Shown: positions 51,171-64,000 of the stretch, piece by piece | How the letters are laid out: the number at the start of each line of letters is the position of its first letter | Position numbering within the stretch: position 1 is the first letter of the stretch | Source of the DNA: Sphagnum compactum | Lineage: Eukaryota | DNA length: 64,000 bases | Assembly: GCA_965153455.1 (NCBI GenBank) | Contig: OZ234493.1 | Location: 24,232,213 to 24,296,212 of the forward strand | Direction of reading: 5' to 3' | The notes under the pieces: generated by a model | Database searches by the model: none | What the model was told of the DNA's origin: nothing | The model's input: the letters and a program-made list of their open reading frames with translations, nothing else | Translations under genes and position numbers: made by a program

Positions 51171-52571
51171 TGACCCAACATCAATGCTTCTTGCACCAAG
51201 TCCAATAACTTGAATGGGCTTGAGTTCATCCAAAATGGAACTAATGCACTCATGGAGGTTGAGTCACATAGGCCCACTCTCAACACTTTGATGCTCATGT
51301 AGTGGTTAATTCTAATTTTCAGTTATCATGTTTTGGTGCAAAATAATGAACTCAAAATTGAAAGTGGTATTATTTTGCTTTTTTTTTTGTTCCATAAATT
51401 GTTAGTTTTAAATTGTTGCATCGATCTCCTTGTGAAGCTTGGGTTAAGCATTTTTGTACTAATATGAAAAAACCCTCCAATCCTTTTGAAACCTCGTGAA
51501 ATATTTTGTTGATCTATATCATTAAACCATTAGGTAGTGTTTGATGTATTCACTTTGATGGGTCTACAAGCGAACTTTACAGTGAAGAACATAGGGCCAG
51601 GGCTTCGACCATGTGTTATTAGTTGTGACAACAGAAGGCATAAATATATTGCTTCATACCCAAGTTTGAATTCACCAGTGGTTCTATGGCCGGTTCTATT
51701 CCCATATACCCGAGTCCTGCGATTGGAAAAATAATCAAAGAAAAAAACCAGTATTTTAAAAAATTGATCGTTAAAAATGATTAATACAAATACCCATGAT
51801 TGCAGGGTCTAGTTTTTATTTTTTTATAAAAATCTTAAGCTCCCCCCAACTGACGGTTCTCTAATCCCTTGAACTCTTTGAATCAGAGGTGTTCAAATTT
51901 TAAAAAGAGAGAACCACCCAACACTGGCAAATACCCATTCTCACCTCATGCAGTGGTGTTTCATCAAAAGCTGGCTGCTGTGAGCAGGTCAGAAGCTTAA
52001 AACATGTTAAAAAAATAACATGTACATAGAAGAAGTCTTGCAAAACCACTCCTGCTTTCATGATACTAACAACAACCCTAAACCTAAATACCTAGACTGG
52101 GAGACAAAAATCCATTCTACCTTACACCTGACAACAAAGAACCACCACATGCATGCAAAGATTGTAATACACACATTACACTTCATTGGTCATCCCATCC
52201 ATCCTTTGTAGGTACGTAACTAACTAACTTATGATTCATGTATCATCTTTCTTTCTGACAGTTATCATTTGCCCCTTGCAGTTTCTCAACAGAAGCCAAC
52301 AACTTTGCAATTCCTATTAGACCGACCATGAATCCAGAAACATTTTCTATTTCTCTAGTTATGATCCGGAAATTATTCACGACCTTTCTTTGAGATACCC
52401 ATTCGTAAATTACAGTTCTCCTTAAAGTCACCCTCTCTTTGATTGAACCCTAATTTGGTGCTGTAACTCCCTGTTTCATCCCCAGTTTGTTTGATTGTAG
52501 CCAGGCATAAATTGAGCAAATGTTGGGTACTGTTGAATGAAACTGGATATCATTCAGTTCACTAGATTTGC

Positions 52572-52815
52572 AGGATTTTATTTGGACAGGAACTTGATTT
52601 TATGAAGAATATGAGTAGCAGCTGAAGGCAAACATCCCAAACTGGGGGTGAAAAACCTCGTTTGAGGACCAATTTGCTATGTTGAATGGACATTAGCTTT
52701 ATAGGATTTTATTTGGACAGGGACTTGATTTTATGAAGAATATGAGTAGCAGTGAAGGAGGCACAGGCAAGGCACATCCCAAACTGGGGGGTGAAACTTA
52801 TTTGAGGACCAATTT
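52572..52815. repeat. ~105-115 bp direct duplication
   Basis: 'aggattttatttggacagg(a/g)acttgattttatgaagaatatgagtagcag...catcccaaactgggg...tttgaggaccaattt' occurs at 52572-52675 and 52703-52815. Confidence 0.9.
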
Positions 52816-53198
52816 TAGGAGAGAAAACCGGTTTGATCCCCTTTCTTTCCCATGTACTTACTATTTTTTTATTTTGATTTTTAAATTTCATTCCCAGTTT
52901 GGACAAAACTGGGTCTCAATACTCTCAATTTAGACTACTTACTTACGATATATATCATGCATTCCTAGATCAGGGTCCAACACTATCAAAACTAACAAAG
53001 TCACACAAAGCACACAAATCGCCCATCACAATGTTAAACCCATCTACGTTACCTAGTAGGGTTTCTACTTAACCACCCCTCTATAGAATCTACTTCATAC
53101 AGAATGGGTTACCAAGGTGAAGCTGAATATTTATTAACTCAGTCGAGGTTGGTTGATCCACAACCGAGTCACAAGGGGCATACCATGGATGGTGCATC

Positions 53199-53233
53199 CG
53201 TGAGTGAGTGAGTGAGTGAGTGAGTGAGTGAGT
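53199..53233. repeat. (GTGA)n microsatellite
   Basis: Direct tetranucleotide run. Confidence 0.95.
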
Positions 53234-54631
53234 GCTGGTTTACTCTTTGCCAAAGCAATCAAAGAGTTAACTTACAAACACTTGGGACAAGGAAATGATG
53301 TCCAAAAGCTGCAAGTTTCTTCTGTGTGCTTGGAATCACTGGTGATGAAAGAATAATGAAGTAGTGTGTACCTACTTGTATAAGTAGTCCCTTTGGCAAG
53401 TTGATTGTGAAATTATGATCCCCAAAAAGAAAGAAATGGGATTTTTCAATCATACAAACTGAAAAGAGTCAGGACTCATTCGATATCAAAGGACCCAATG
53501 AATGGACCCAAGCAAGACTTAAGCAAAAGCTCATGGATGGACTGACTCTTTACTGACTCTTTACAAATCAATCTCAATCTGAGCTTTGCTCTCTCATACT
53601 ATGGACAAATTCTACCCACTGTCCTCCAACAACAAGCCTCCTTGATTGATGATCCTTAACTCTGACCCATTGCCAGGCTTTCTAGAGAGAGAAAGAGAAC
53701 ACAAATTGTCTACCCAACAATTGTAAAATTAAATCCCTTAAGTGTTTGGCTTTTTTTCTTTTTTCTTTTGGTAAAACTGTTTTACAGGGGCCAGTTTGAC
53801 ATTAAATATATTATTTTCAGAAATGTTGAGATTTTCCATAAAATAAAATTTTCTGAAATAAAATAATAAAAAAATCTGATGAAATATTTTTTGAGAATAT
53901 ATCATTTGTCCAAACGTAATTCTCAAAATTAATAAATCATTCAACAAGCATGTGTCAAAGTGGTCAAGGTATTACAATATTTTCCAATTTGAAAAATAAC
54001 TGGCAAATATTATTTACAAACTTGCAAAAAAATAAGCATTCTTTTTGAGTTTTATAGCCACAAAGTTTTGAAAATAAATTTAAAATTGCTGAATTCTGTA
54101 TGAAGTTCTAGTAGTAGGTAGCCAAAAAACGTAAAAGGATGCTTAAATTTTCTTACTTTCATTTTTTATTTTATTTTTAATAGCCAGGATTGATTAAATC
54201 CCCTTACAGATTATCACCACTTTGGCTACATTACAAAATTTATTGAAAAGTTTGCTCTTCTTCTTCGTCTAACTATTGCCCACATTCAATGTGAGATCTA
54301 TTCAAGTTCCCAGTATCAAATGGTGTGCTCTATAGCACTTATAAAAAATGAATGCAAAAAACACTTGCATAAAAACATAAAAAAACTTGCAACGAACAAA
54401 ACACAAATTTTAGAATCTTAATCATTAAAAATGAATTTAAAATCACACAACTTAAGATTATATCTCATACATTGAATCTTTTTAATTATATTCACACTAA
54501 AATTGGTCCCAAACTAACTTACCTCGATTTAATTACAATAATTAGGATGTAAAAATGTAACAAACACAAAAACAAGATGGACGCCTCTGATTTCATGTTA
54601 AGACTCTTGTTGTGCGTTACTAGATTGACGC

Positions 54632-54709
54632 TTAATACTATCAAAACTTATCAAAGTTAATACTATCAAAACTTATCAAAGTTAATACTATCGAAACTTA
54701 TCAAAGTTA
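54632..54709. repeat. 25-bp tandem repeat x3
   Basis: TTAATACTATC(A/G)AAACTTATCAAAG repeated three times. Confidence 0.95.
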
Positions 54710-55220
54710 CACACGTAATAATATATAATGAAAGATGAGACTCCAAAGTTTATATAGTATTTTCTGCGTTTGTCCACGGCACCTACATCCGAATGACTTT
54801 TTGTCCCGAGATTCTCAAGAAAGAGTCCTGAAACTAAATGTTATAAGATTGAAACCCTGTTCACACTATACAAAATTTCACCTACTCACGATAAACTACA
54901 TAAATTAATTATCCTGTAGTAAAATGCATGACCCACTCATGACAAAGTTTTGTTGACATGGCATTCATTTAGCAGAACAGCTATGGCTCTTTGCCTTTGG
55001 CTGCTTTTATCAAAATTTAGGTAAGGTTGGTAGCTTAAATTTTAACTAAAAAGGTTGAGGTAGATAGCAACAAGCAACCCTGAGGGAGGATACATGGTTT
55101 TCCACCATTGGATTCAAATCACAAGAATGTTCCCCACCATTGATTGATCCACATTGCAAGAGGAACATAACTAAAAAAAGTGGAACCCATAGATGATGAC
55201 TTACCCACCAAGTCACTTTG

Positions 55221-55595
55221 TTGGCCTTGCCTACTACCAAGGCAAGAAGGATATTGTGTTTTAGATTCATTATAGAGTATAGTAGCTTAAGGGATTTTTA
55301 TAGGCCCCCCTAGGTAATAAATAATAATAGGTCTATTTTTTTTTATATGAGGATTTTTGAAAGATAATAATATTTTTTTGGCTTGTGTTGAAACTTGAGA
55401 TTAGTTATAATAGAGTTGTAATATCTTGAAGGATTATTATCTTTTGGTTTCTTTTAGAGGATTGATTGTTTTGAAGATTATAATTTTTGCATGATGAAAT
55501 AAATATTTGAGTCTCCATAATTCTTCTTTTGCATGAAGATACTTTTTAATGTTAAAATGGCAAGGCCCTTAATAGTGTGTGACACACCCCTTGTT
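55221..55595 (+). mobile_element. Helentron/DINE-like non-autonomous element, full-length copy
   Basis: 5' TTGGCCTTGCC is the reverse complement of the subterminal 3' GGCAAGGCC (~55559-55567). This is followed by hairpin GTGTG-A-CACAC and CCCTTGTT. Confidence 0.7.
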
Positions 55596-55714
55596 CCACT
55601 TTGGGAATTAAACCCTAAAAAAAATTGTTCTCCTGCCCGGATAGAAAAAATTGTTGCTCCTTATATGCCAGTATAACACTGGATTGGATGACACCCAACT
55701 GGTTATGTACTAGA

Positions 55715-55779
55715 GAATGAATGAATGAATGAATGAATGGATGGATGGATGGATGGATGGTAGGTAGGTAGGTAGGTAG
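55715..55779. repeat. Compound microsatellite (GAAT)n(GGAT)n(GGTA)n
   Basis: Directly visible tetranucleotide runs grading into each other. Confidence 0.95.
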
Positions 55780-56676
55780 AAAAGTAGCTCCTGCTGCAAT
55801 GTTGGTCTGCATCCTGGGTGGGTTGTTGAGAGCACATGTGAGAGAAGAGAGAAGAGAGGGAGAGAGAGAGAGCAAGCGCGCACCTGGAATGGAAAGCCAA
55901 CAGTTTTTACTGTGTCTAGATGCTGCTTGTCTAGATCTGAATTGGGTTTGTGCAGGTGATGAGAATGTGATTGTTTCTTTGTTGTCAGTGCAATTCCATG
56001 CCTCCTCATGATGCAGTAGCAGCAGCTGGATCGTCTTACAAGGTTCAATGTGAAAATATTGAAAAACGAGAGAGCGTCTTGGCAGACGAAAAAACTGTAG
56101 TGTGTATCTGATCAATTGCTGCTGCTGCTGCTGTTATACTGATTGCGTTTCTTCTTTCTTAGCTGTGGTTGTGACAATTGGGTCAATTGGGTTTTGGACA
56201 AGAGAATCCCCCCAATGACTCCTTCCTTGAGTCATTTGTGTTTTGTGTGAGAATGTGGTATGTAATTCTTTGCAGAGCGCTGGAACAATCCAGAGGAAAA
56301 ACAAAGGCACGTATCCTGATGATCCTGATGATGATGATGATGATGATGGACTGGTGTAGGTTGTGAGAAACCACAGAGAAAGCAGTAAGAGAGAAAAGGT
56401 TTCCAGAAACTGCCCATCAGCTCGCTAGCTCCCACCACCACCAGCAGGAAACAATTCCCATTTTTCTATGAGCATTTGTCGGAACTTGGTTGATGGGGAA
56501 GTAGCTGGAAAGATCTATTCACAAAGACCCATTTCCCATTTCCGGGTTTTCCAGAGAAAGAAATTGGTGCTGCAGCTTCTTCTTATTCTTCTTCCAGTTC
56601 CAGAAGCGTTAGTTGGGTTACACATTGTAGAACAAAAAATTTCCTGTGCAGATATATATATATTCAGATCAGAGAA

Positions 56677-59600
56677 ATGATGATAGAAGTGAGAACAGCA
56701 AGGGAATCATGGGCAGAGTCATATAAGCCTCTTCCAAATCTCTCGCTCATGCTGTCACTAGTGTGGACACTTCTGGCGTGTATTTGGGCAATCAACACTT
56801 GGAGCAAGCGCAGATTCCAGGTACCCATCATGGGATAAATCTAGATGATCCTCATCTTCAAATCATTCTCCAAAGATTCATTGTTCTTCTTCCCTTCTCT
56901 TTGCTGCATCTTGGGGAATGGGGGCTTGATTGATTGATTGATCCATGCATCTGAAAGCAAAAAAGTTGGAGAGAAAAAAAATTTGATCAATATCACCAAG
57001 AGAAGTAGTAGTACCTGTCTTCACAACCAGATCAGCTTCTTCTGGTCATTGGGATTCTCCTGCAAGAGGTGAGAAATTAGGTCAACCAAATGTTCTCTGA
57101 AAACTTTGGATCAATCTGTGAGGATGCATGCATGCAAGAATTTGATTCTTCAATATTTCAAGGATGCAAAATCAAGAAAAGATTCAATTGAAGAATCAAA
57201 GGCTTGCTTGCTTGCATCCTGCACAGCAATGATGCTTACATGTAAAAGAAAGAAGAAGAAGTGCTAGGGTTTTTCTGTCATTACCTGTCATAAAGAGTCA
57301 AGATCTCTGGGGATGTTATTTTGCAGAGAAGTCATTTGCAGTGGGTGATAACAACAATACCTGTTCTGAAGGCTCTCGTTCTTGGTCTCACCTTTGTATT
57401 TTGGTAAGCTTGTTTGCTTGCTTGCTTGATTCTTCAATCAGATAAGGCATTCTTCTTGCAAAAAGTATGTGTTTTTGTGTTTGTATTTTTTTAAGGTTTT
57501 GTTGTAATCAATTTTAATCCAGACTCACAACTTTTCCATTTTACTTGTACTACTCTCTCCACTCATTATATGTCAGGTTTCTGTTGTCGGGGGGTTGTTT
57601 TGCCACAGGTATTCATGCCTCAATTTCAGCAATTGCTCTTTTTGGGCAGCATTTGGAGTGTTTGTGGCACGGATTTTCTCGGAGCTTTCCTGTGTCATTT
57701 CCTTTTTGTTGATTGCACATGGATACTGCATTGTCCATGATCAGCTCTCTCTCACCAATTGCCGCCGAATTGGTGGCCTTTCGTTTCTAGTCTACTTGAC
57801 TCTCACTGGCTACAAATCCGGGATCCAGCAATTTTCTGTAAGTACAAAGTGGTGGTGGTGGTGATGGTGGTGCCCTGTCTTTACTATGGTTTTTAAATTT
57901 TAAAAAACATATTTATTTTAAAAACTGATAATCATCACCTTCAACATTCTCAATTTCTGGTGACTTTTAGAATAACAAGAAAAGTTCTGAACTTGTAGTG
58001 ACAAAAGATGTGAAATGGCCACCACTTTTGTGTTGTCGATGAAAAGAAATGTCAAATCTCACAACAATTGCTTGAGCTCAAAAACAAAATCTCAGTTAAA
58101 TTTATTGAACTTCTAGCAGCACAGTGAATTGGTATTTTTGAGGTTATTTTTTCCTACCCACTTTTGTCTCACTTCTTGTGCAGGTGCTGGTGATTGTGGT
58201 GTATGTGGTTTTTCTCTCTGTTGTAATGACAAACATATCCTGCAATTTGGTCATGCTACAAGAGCATCTGGAACAACTTCAAGATGAGGTTGGCGAACGG
58301 TGGCATATGGGTGTCTATGCTATGTTGATCATGTTCAAGTAAGCTTTGCTGTGCAATTTATGGATTTTGGGTGTCACTAGGGGTATCTGAAAGTGCGGGG
58401 TTTGTTTTTGCTGCAAATTAGGGTAAGATACTATGATTTTTTATAGTAGGATTTTGTTGTTCTTTTGTAAGGTTTTTTGTGATTGATGCAGCATGTTCAG
58501 AAAAATGGGTTTGTGGACATTTTTTGCAGACAATTTCGTAGAGCAGTGACATTGATGGTCGTTGCCAAACTCATGGTATGCTACTTCCCTATCCATTTTA
58601 CCATGACAAAAAAAATCCAGTCAAGACAATTTTCATTGTATCTGGGACCATAATACATAGCCTATGTGCAAGCAGCAAGAAAAATTTTAAAGGAATTTTT
58701 TTGTTGCTTCCTTTTGATTTCAGGTTTGCTGGAATGCATTTGCGATGAATTGGGTGTTGGCCTGCTTGAGCAGATGCATGCACAAGGGGAGGCTTTGGCA
58801 AATGAGTATCCACGGCAGCTATTCATTCGGGAAGTTGTAGAAATAAGCATCTTGTTATACGTGGGGTAAGCATGCCAAAACACATCTCTCGCCCATTCTC
58901 TTTCATCTAAAATTCTCCATTGATGGTTTTCTTGCTCCTCCTTATCATTCAGTACCATGACAGAAATGAGAGGCAACGAGCTCGTGCTCAGCTCACCTTC
59001 TGTGGGTGAGTTGTGCAGGTGGATTGTCAGATCAAGAGAACTGACTCCATTTTCAACAGTCATCCCAATTTTAAATTCTCCTTCAAGACAACGTGCCTTG
59101 CCCCCGATCTACAGTGTTGTGAGTTCCTCCTCCTGTCCACCATCACTTACAGGAACTGGTTACACATTTGAAACAGATAACAGAGAACAGAATCGTGACT
59201 TTCACATCACAGATCATTGGGTTTGAATTCTCTCATACATATTTGGCATCGAAAGGAAGGCACTCTGATGTTTTGCATTTCTTAGTGGTCATTATGCTAA
59301 TGCAGAAGGCAATCACCCATGTGTCCTCCAGGAAATGGACAAAAAAGATTTCAACAATTTTGATATCAAAGAGTGGCACATTGGAGTGGTACATAGTAAT
59401 CACACCCCTTAATCTGTTCTTTGTGTTTTCACTCTCACAAGGATTAGGAATGCTACATAAGGCTCACCTTGTGATACTTTGTTGCATTAGAAATCTTTCA
59501 GGTAGTTATAGTTTTGTCCCATCAGTTCTTATTTCAGTCTTCATTTCATGCCCCCCTCTCTTCAAGCAATTGGACTCACATGAATGTGTGGGGGTTGTTT

Positions 59601-60126
59601 TCTACAGCCTACTTCAATATCAAAATGTGCGAGCCAAATGCCCATTTTAGTGATAGTGCAGAGCCCAGGCATCTCAAGTCCTAACCTCACAAGGGATAAT
59701 GATGATCTTTGCAAGGACTCCCATTCTTCAAGCACTTCAGAAAACAACAAGCTTCATGTTTCGACTTCGTCAAGCTTCACATCACTGAAACCATCACTGA
59801 CAGCACCAAGACTGTCAGCAACTTTCCAGGCTGCCATTACATCAAAATCATCGACAGCAGTATCAGAAGGTCTGCAGCAACGAGTTCAAGTTGTAAGGGA
59901 GGAAACCAGCAGTGGAGGAGGGGAGGGGAGGACCCATTCTGATACTTGCAAGCAAGTGAAGGTGAAGGAACACAAGTATACCAAGGACCATTGTGAGCAT
60001 ATGGGTATGTATACAGGTGAGGTCATGGTGGATACGACAGCATGGAAAAGGAGCTTCTCTTTCCTTTCACTCAACCATGATTGCAATGATCTATTTACAC
60101 AAAGCTACTGTCTTTCATCAATCTAG
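56677..60126 (+). CDS. Uncharacterised multi-pass (~7TM) plant membrane protein, ~472 aa, 9 exons
   Basis: Exons: 56677-56820, 57327-57403, 57609-57837, 58184-58338, 58530-58575, 58774-58865, 59019-59118, 59332-59388, 59608-60126 (1419 nt in frame). Motifs: LQWVITTIPVLKAL, FWYSC...CSFW, FLLIAHGYCI, LFIREVVEISILLYVGWIVRS, LPPIYSVEMD, EWHIGVPTS. Ser-rich C-tail. These resemble a conserved uncharacterised land-plant TM family (recalled, not searched). Confidence 0.8.
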
Positions 60127-61337
60127 CTCTCCATGATCATTGGTAAATAACACAACCCTTGTTATACTGATTGCTCAAATTTTACACTAACAAATTTGCT
60201 TTAGCTTTGAAGCATCTTATCTGCAGCTTGGAGGGAACTTGCTGTAAACCTTTTGTTGTCTAGAAAGGGAGCACGAGGATTTCATCTCATGTACAATTTT
60301 TGGGTGTGATGTACAGTCAGCTCATAGAGAGAACACCATCAACAATTAGAAGAGTCATTTGTTTAGTGTTATAGGCTATTGAGAAGCTTGTCATCATGTA
60401 CCAGTTGCATCAGAATTGTCTCTGCAAGAGTACATGAGATACAAGCCAAAGAAATTAGCACTCATAGGAATTGAAACCTTGTGATTTAAACCCTTGTATA
60501 TTCACTCAATTATATCAACAACTGGATTCCCTCTGCTTCATTGCATAAAGCTGGATAAACCCTAAACCCTATCATCCACACTAAGACTCTGTGACCAAAA
60601 AAGCAACTTCTACTGAGACTAGAACTGCAGTCTCCTCTTCTGTCATCTCTCTACACTCTCCTTTAGGTCCTTTGTTGCTGTTCTCCATCTTATCACACTC
60701 TGACCTGACTTCAACTTTGCTCACATTAGTGACTTATTACTGTCACAGAACTCTCATGAGTATTGAGAAATCTCTGTACCCATGACTAATGGTAAGCAGA
60801 ACCATGTTAAAAACTTTCTTAAAGGCGAAGAAAACTCCACATAAGAACACAAAAGAAACACAACACATGATCTACTAAGGATCTGCCAAAATTGCAGAAG
60901 GCATCCTGCCTCATGGAAGGAAAAGTAGTAAATGCCATAATGCTTAATGGTCACAAAGGGAAGGGGGGGGTGGGAAAAGCCTGCAGTCTTAGCATTTATC
61001 ACCCTCCACCTGAGGATGGGTTGCTTGGATGTAAATAATCATGAAGCATTTGTTCACTTAATCCAGCTTGTTGTTTAAAAAAATAGCAAGACTCTGATAT
61101 ACTCTGCAATCTACTTAGCATCACAATCCAGCAATCAAGGATGTGAGCACCAGCTTGGATGTAAAATCATCCATCTCAATTGCCACTGAGTAAAGTGGTA
61201 AACTGTTACACCAAGGAGCTACTGATGGCATGAAGCAGAAGCTTGAATTCAGCTGATAGTGACAGATCAACCCAGAAAAACAAATGGCTATAGGGGATAG
61301 TCAATTCTATGTGCTAGTTTCATAATCTGAATCCAAC

Positions 61338-63961
61338 TTACAAGCCCACTTTTGCCTCAAGCTTTTGAATCTCGTTCAAGAAAATCCATGTCATCTGCAC
61401 ACCCGCAATGCATGATATGAAACTTTTTAATAACTCTCATGAGAATTGAATAATCTCCATACTCATGATCAAAAAAGCCAGGATGGGTGAAAAACTTTTC
61501 CTTGAAGTCAAAGAAAGATAACCACCAGCAGTACAAATGAGCAGCTCACATATAGTTCCTTTCAAGAGGCAATTACCAGGACTGAATCATAAACAAACGT
61601 CCCCCCCGAAAAAAGAAAAGTTTGCCAGGCAAGTAACATGCAGAAAAAAAGAAAGACAGGCGTACCATGACATGGGGAGCAATACGGATACAGTACGTGC
61701 CAAACCCAGTATAGAATTTCAGCAGACCTCCAGCCTTTAGTGTTTGCAAAGCACAGTCTACAGAGCCTGTGTAAGGGAACTTGCCATCTGGGCCAGGCTG
61801 CATCTTCTGTATCTGGGTCTTTACATAGTCAAATGGGAGACTACAGGCTGATGCAAAAAAACCAGACACGGCACTTGCTCCTGTTCAAAAAATCCAAAGC
61901 TTGATCAGTAGCATATTCCAGATCCTCGGCATTACAACACAGCAGGCTGTCTTTTGGAGCGGTTTCTCAATTGCATACAGCAGTCTACCAATCCTGTGAC
62001 ACAAGCCCTCTTGTGACAAGAGAACATTAACCAGAACATACCAATGACTGTAGGAATCTCTCCAAAGCTCAGGGAATCCCTGAAGAACTCCACACTCTGG
62101 TCATATGAAGCAAGCATGCCCATGTTGAGAGCCATAGCTCGCACCACTGTTGGCCCTGCACCCTTCCACATTGCCAGCACTCCCTCATCCTTGATGATTC
62201 TTGTGAGGGCATGGAAGGCATTTTTGTAATGGCGACGATGAGCTTCTGGAAGTGTGGCATCTGCTTGCATCCGGATGAGAGCAAGGTCAGCAGGACTTCC
62301 CACAGAGGCACCAATTGCACCAGCTGTTAGTCCACATAGAGCCTTCTGGTACAGAGGCAAAGGCTTTCCATCATTGGCTGCCATAGCCTTGCTTGTCAAC
62401 AACCTGTCATCCCAAAAAAAATGCACCCATTTGGCTTAGCAACCTTCCTCATTCTCTATAGAGCTTCCAAATCTCTAAAACAATATTTATTTAGAGCTTT
62501 TGGTCTAGAAATTTGGAACTATACTAAGCACCCAATTCATGTGCAGGCAAATCTCTTTGCACAAGCTTGGCAAGATTAGAATCTGTCAGCAGCTGATTAG
62601 AGCACAGGTGGAAATAACAAATGAGTGGTTTTGAAGTGCCAGAGAGAAACACATTTTCAGAGACATGAATGATGAGTTTTCAGACCTGAAGCTACCAAGA
62701 CGGGCAGTGGTGTAAGTGGCTTGCCGCAACAAACCTGCGGACAAACCCTGCATTCCAATTCACATTGAAAGATGAGGAGGATATCCTTGCCAAAATTGAC
62801 AACACAATGACACTCAAGGAAAACCACTGTAGTCCAATCTCAGTGATCCATTACAAAACTCCAAGTTTCAGCATGGATGCCCAACAACTACCTTTCAAAG
62901 AGACAAGCCAATCCCTGTGTCATGAAGGCTGAAATATATACAGCCACAAGGTTCACAGGTGCAAGGCAAGACATCAGCTACTCAACCTGACAATTACAAA
63001 TCCACATTAGGGTTTGAAATAGAAGCCATGAACTCTCTCACAGATAGAACAAAGACAGACAGACACAGAGGCAAAAAATGTAAGTGTTTGCATTTGCTAG
63101 ATAAGATGGGAGGATGAGGGATCTCAAAAAATAAAATCAGACCTTGTAGAGTCCACCAATACCCTCATTCTTGATAACCTGACTTGCAACATGTGCGGCA
63201 CTGCCTTGCCCTAGCTGAATGCGCACCTGCACCAGCACACGCATTGTTGATCAGTCCTTGTTTCATGGCTATTTACTCCATCCACATGAGAGGATTCATA
63301 AAAGGAGTCTCTGTTTTATGAATCGCTCCATCCACAGAGGAGAAAAGCAGTCTCTCTTTAGAGAATTCTCGGGAACCAAGAAGACCCATCCAAGCTTTGA
63401 TGTAGGGTTATTTCGGAAGTCAACTAGAGCTGATCAGAACTTCCCAACTGTATAATCTAACCATCTAACTGTGTACTGAAGTTTTTCTGATGCCTTTTGC
63501 TGACAAAACCATAACATAACTCCTTGTGAATTGGACTATGCATGCAGAGATCTATCGATTAACAACATCATATCAAGGAACTCTTGCTGCTCAGGAGATG
63601 AGTAAACATCAGAGGCAGAGGACATAACAGACCACTCTTGGAACAGATCAGGAATCATTTATAGGGTTACAACAAGACAACCAGTGTGAGTTTGCAATCA
63701 ACACACATCCCAAGGTGGTTTTCCCCCTAGGAACCGGAAGCAGCAGGCCGTCAAGCGGAAAACGCCGCTATTCGAGCTTCATTTCCTCCCTCAAAGATCC
63801 CATGCATCAACGATTTCTGAAGGACACTTTACCTTGATCATGTCCACGGGTTGAATGACACAAGTTGCACCCATGCCTGACAAACCTCCATTCAGAAACG
63901 GCTTGACGGTAGTCCATACAGTTGTTACTGGCACTTTATTCTCTTCCGATCTAGAACCCAT
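61338..63961 (-). CDS. DTC: Mitochondrial dicarboxylate/tricarboxylate carrier (mitochondrial carrier family), ~302 aa, 6 exons
   Basis: Exons: 63961-63833, 63226-63143, 62747-62686, 62403-62042, 61880-61666, 61394-61338 (909 nt). Three MCF signatures: PVDMIKVRIQ, PADLALIRMQ, PFDYVKTQIQ. Diagnostic segments VWTTVKPFLNGGLSGMGATCVIQP, GLSAGLLRQATYTTARLG and RIAPHVMMTWIFLN. Confidence 0.96.
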
Positions 63962-64000
63962 CTTCACTTGAGCCAGCTACTGGCCCTCTGAGCTCTTCCC

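Noticed and set aside
60555-60572. TAAACCCTAAACCCT telomere-like motif (also ~24624-24646 inverted)
   Set aside because: Only 2-3 units; common interstitial telo-box-type motif, not a telomere array.

Overview
This is eukaryotic, intron-rich, AT-rich land-plant DNA. The gene content and repeat families look bryophyte-like, probably Sphagnum moss; that assignment is an inference from style, not a search. Five spliced protein-coding genes can be rebuilt by hand with GT-AG introns and consistent phases: (1) an Orai/CRAC-family channel homologue (+, 11827-14889); (2) a MES11/13/15-like alpha/beta-hydrolase lacking the catalytic Ser (+, 19595-23129); (3) a small unknown Cys-rich protein, probably organelle-targeted (-, 29140-31346); (4) an uncharacterised multi-pass (~7TM) membrane protein (+, 56677-60126); (5) the mitochondrial dicarboxylate/tricarboxylate carrier DTC (-, 61338-63961). 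The first 11 kb and 31.5-55.5 kb are decayed transposon remnants: two solo LTRs with 5-bp TSDs, MULE/SWIM, pogo-like DDE and RLE-type non-LTR remnants, a MITE family, a Helentron/DINE-like family and a foldback-like element. Most notable: the Orai homologue has Gln/Ser where animal Orai has the conserved Glu residues, plus a 14-aa repeated N-terminus; and a decayed beta-class N4/N6 DNA-methyltransferase-like gene sits head-to-head with a MULE transposase remnant. No rRNA, tRNA or CRISPR array was recognised. All gene models are manual and have no transcript evidence.
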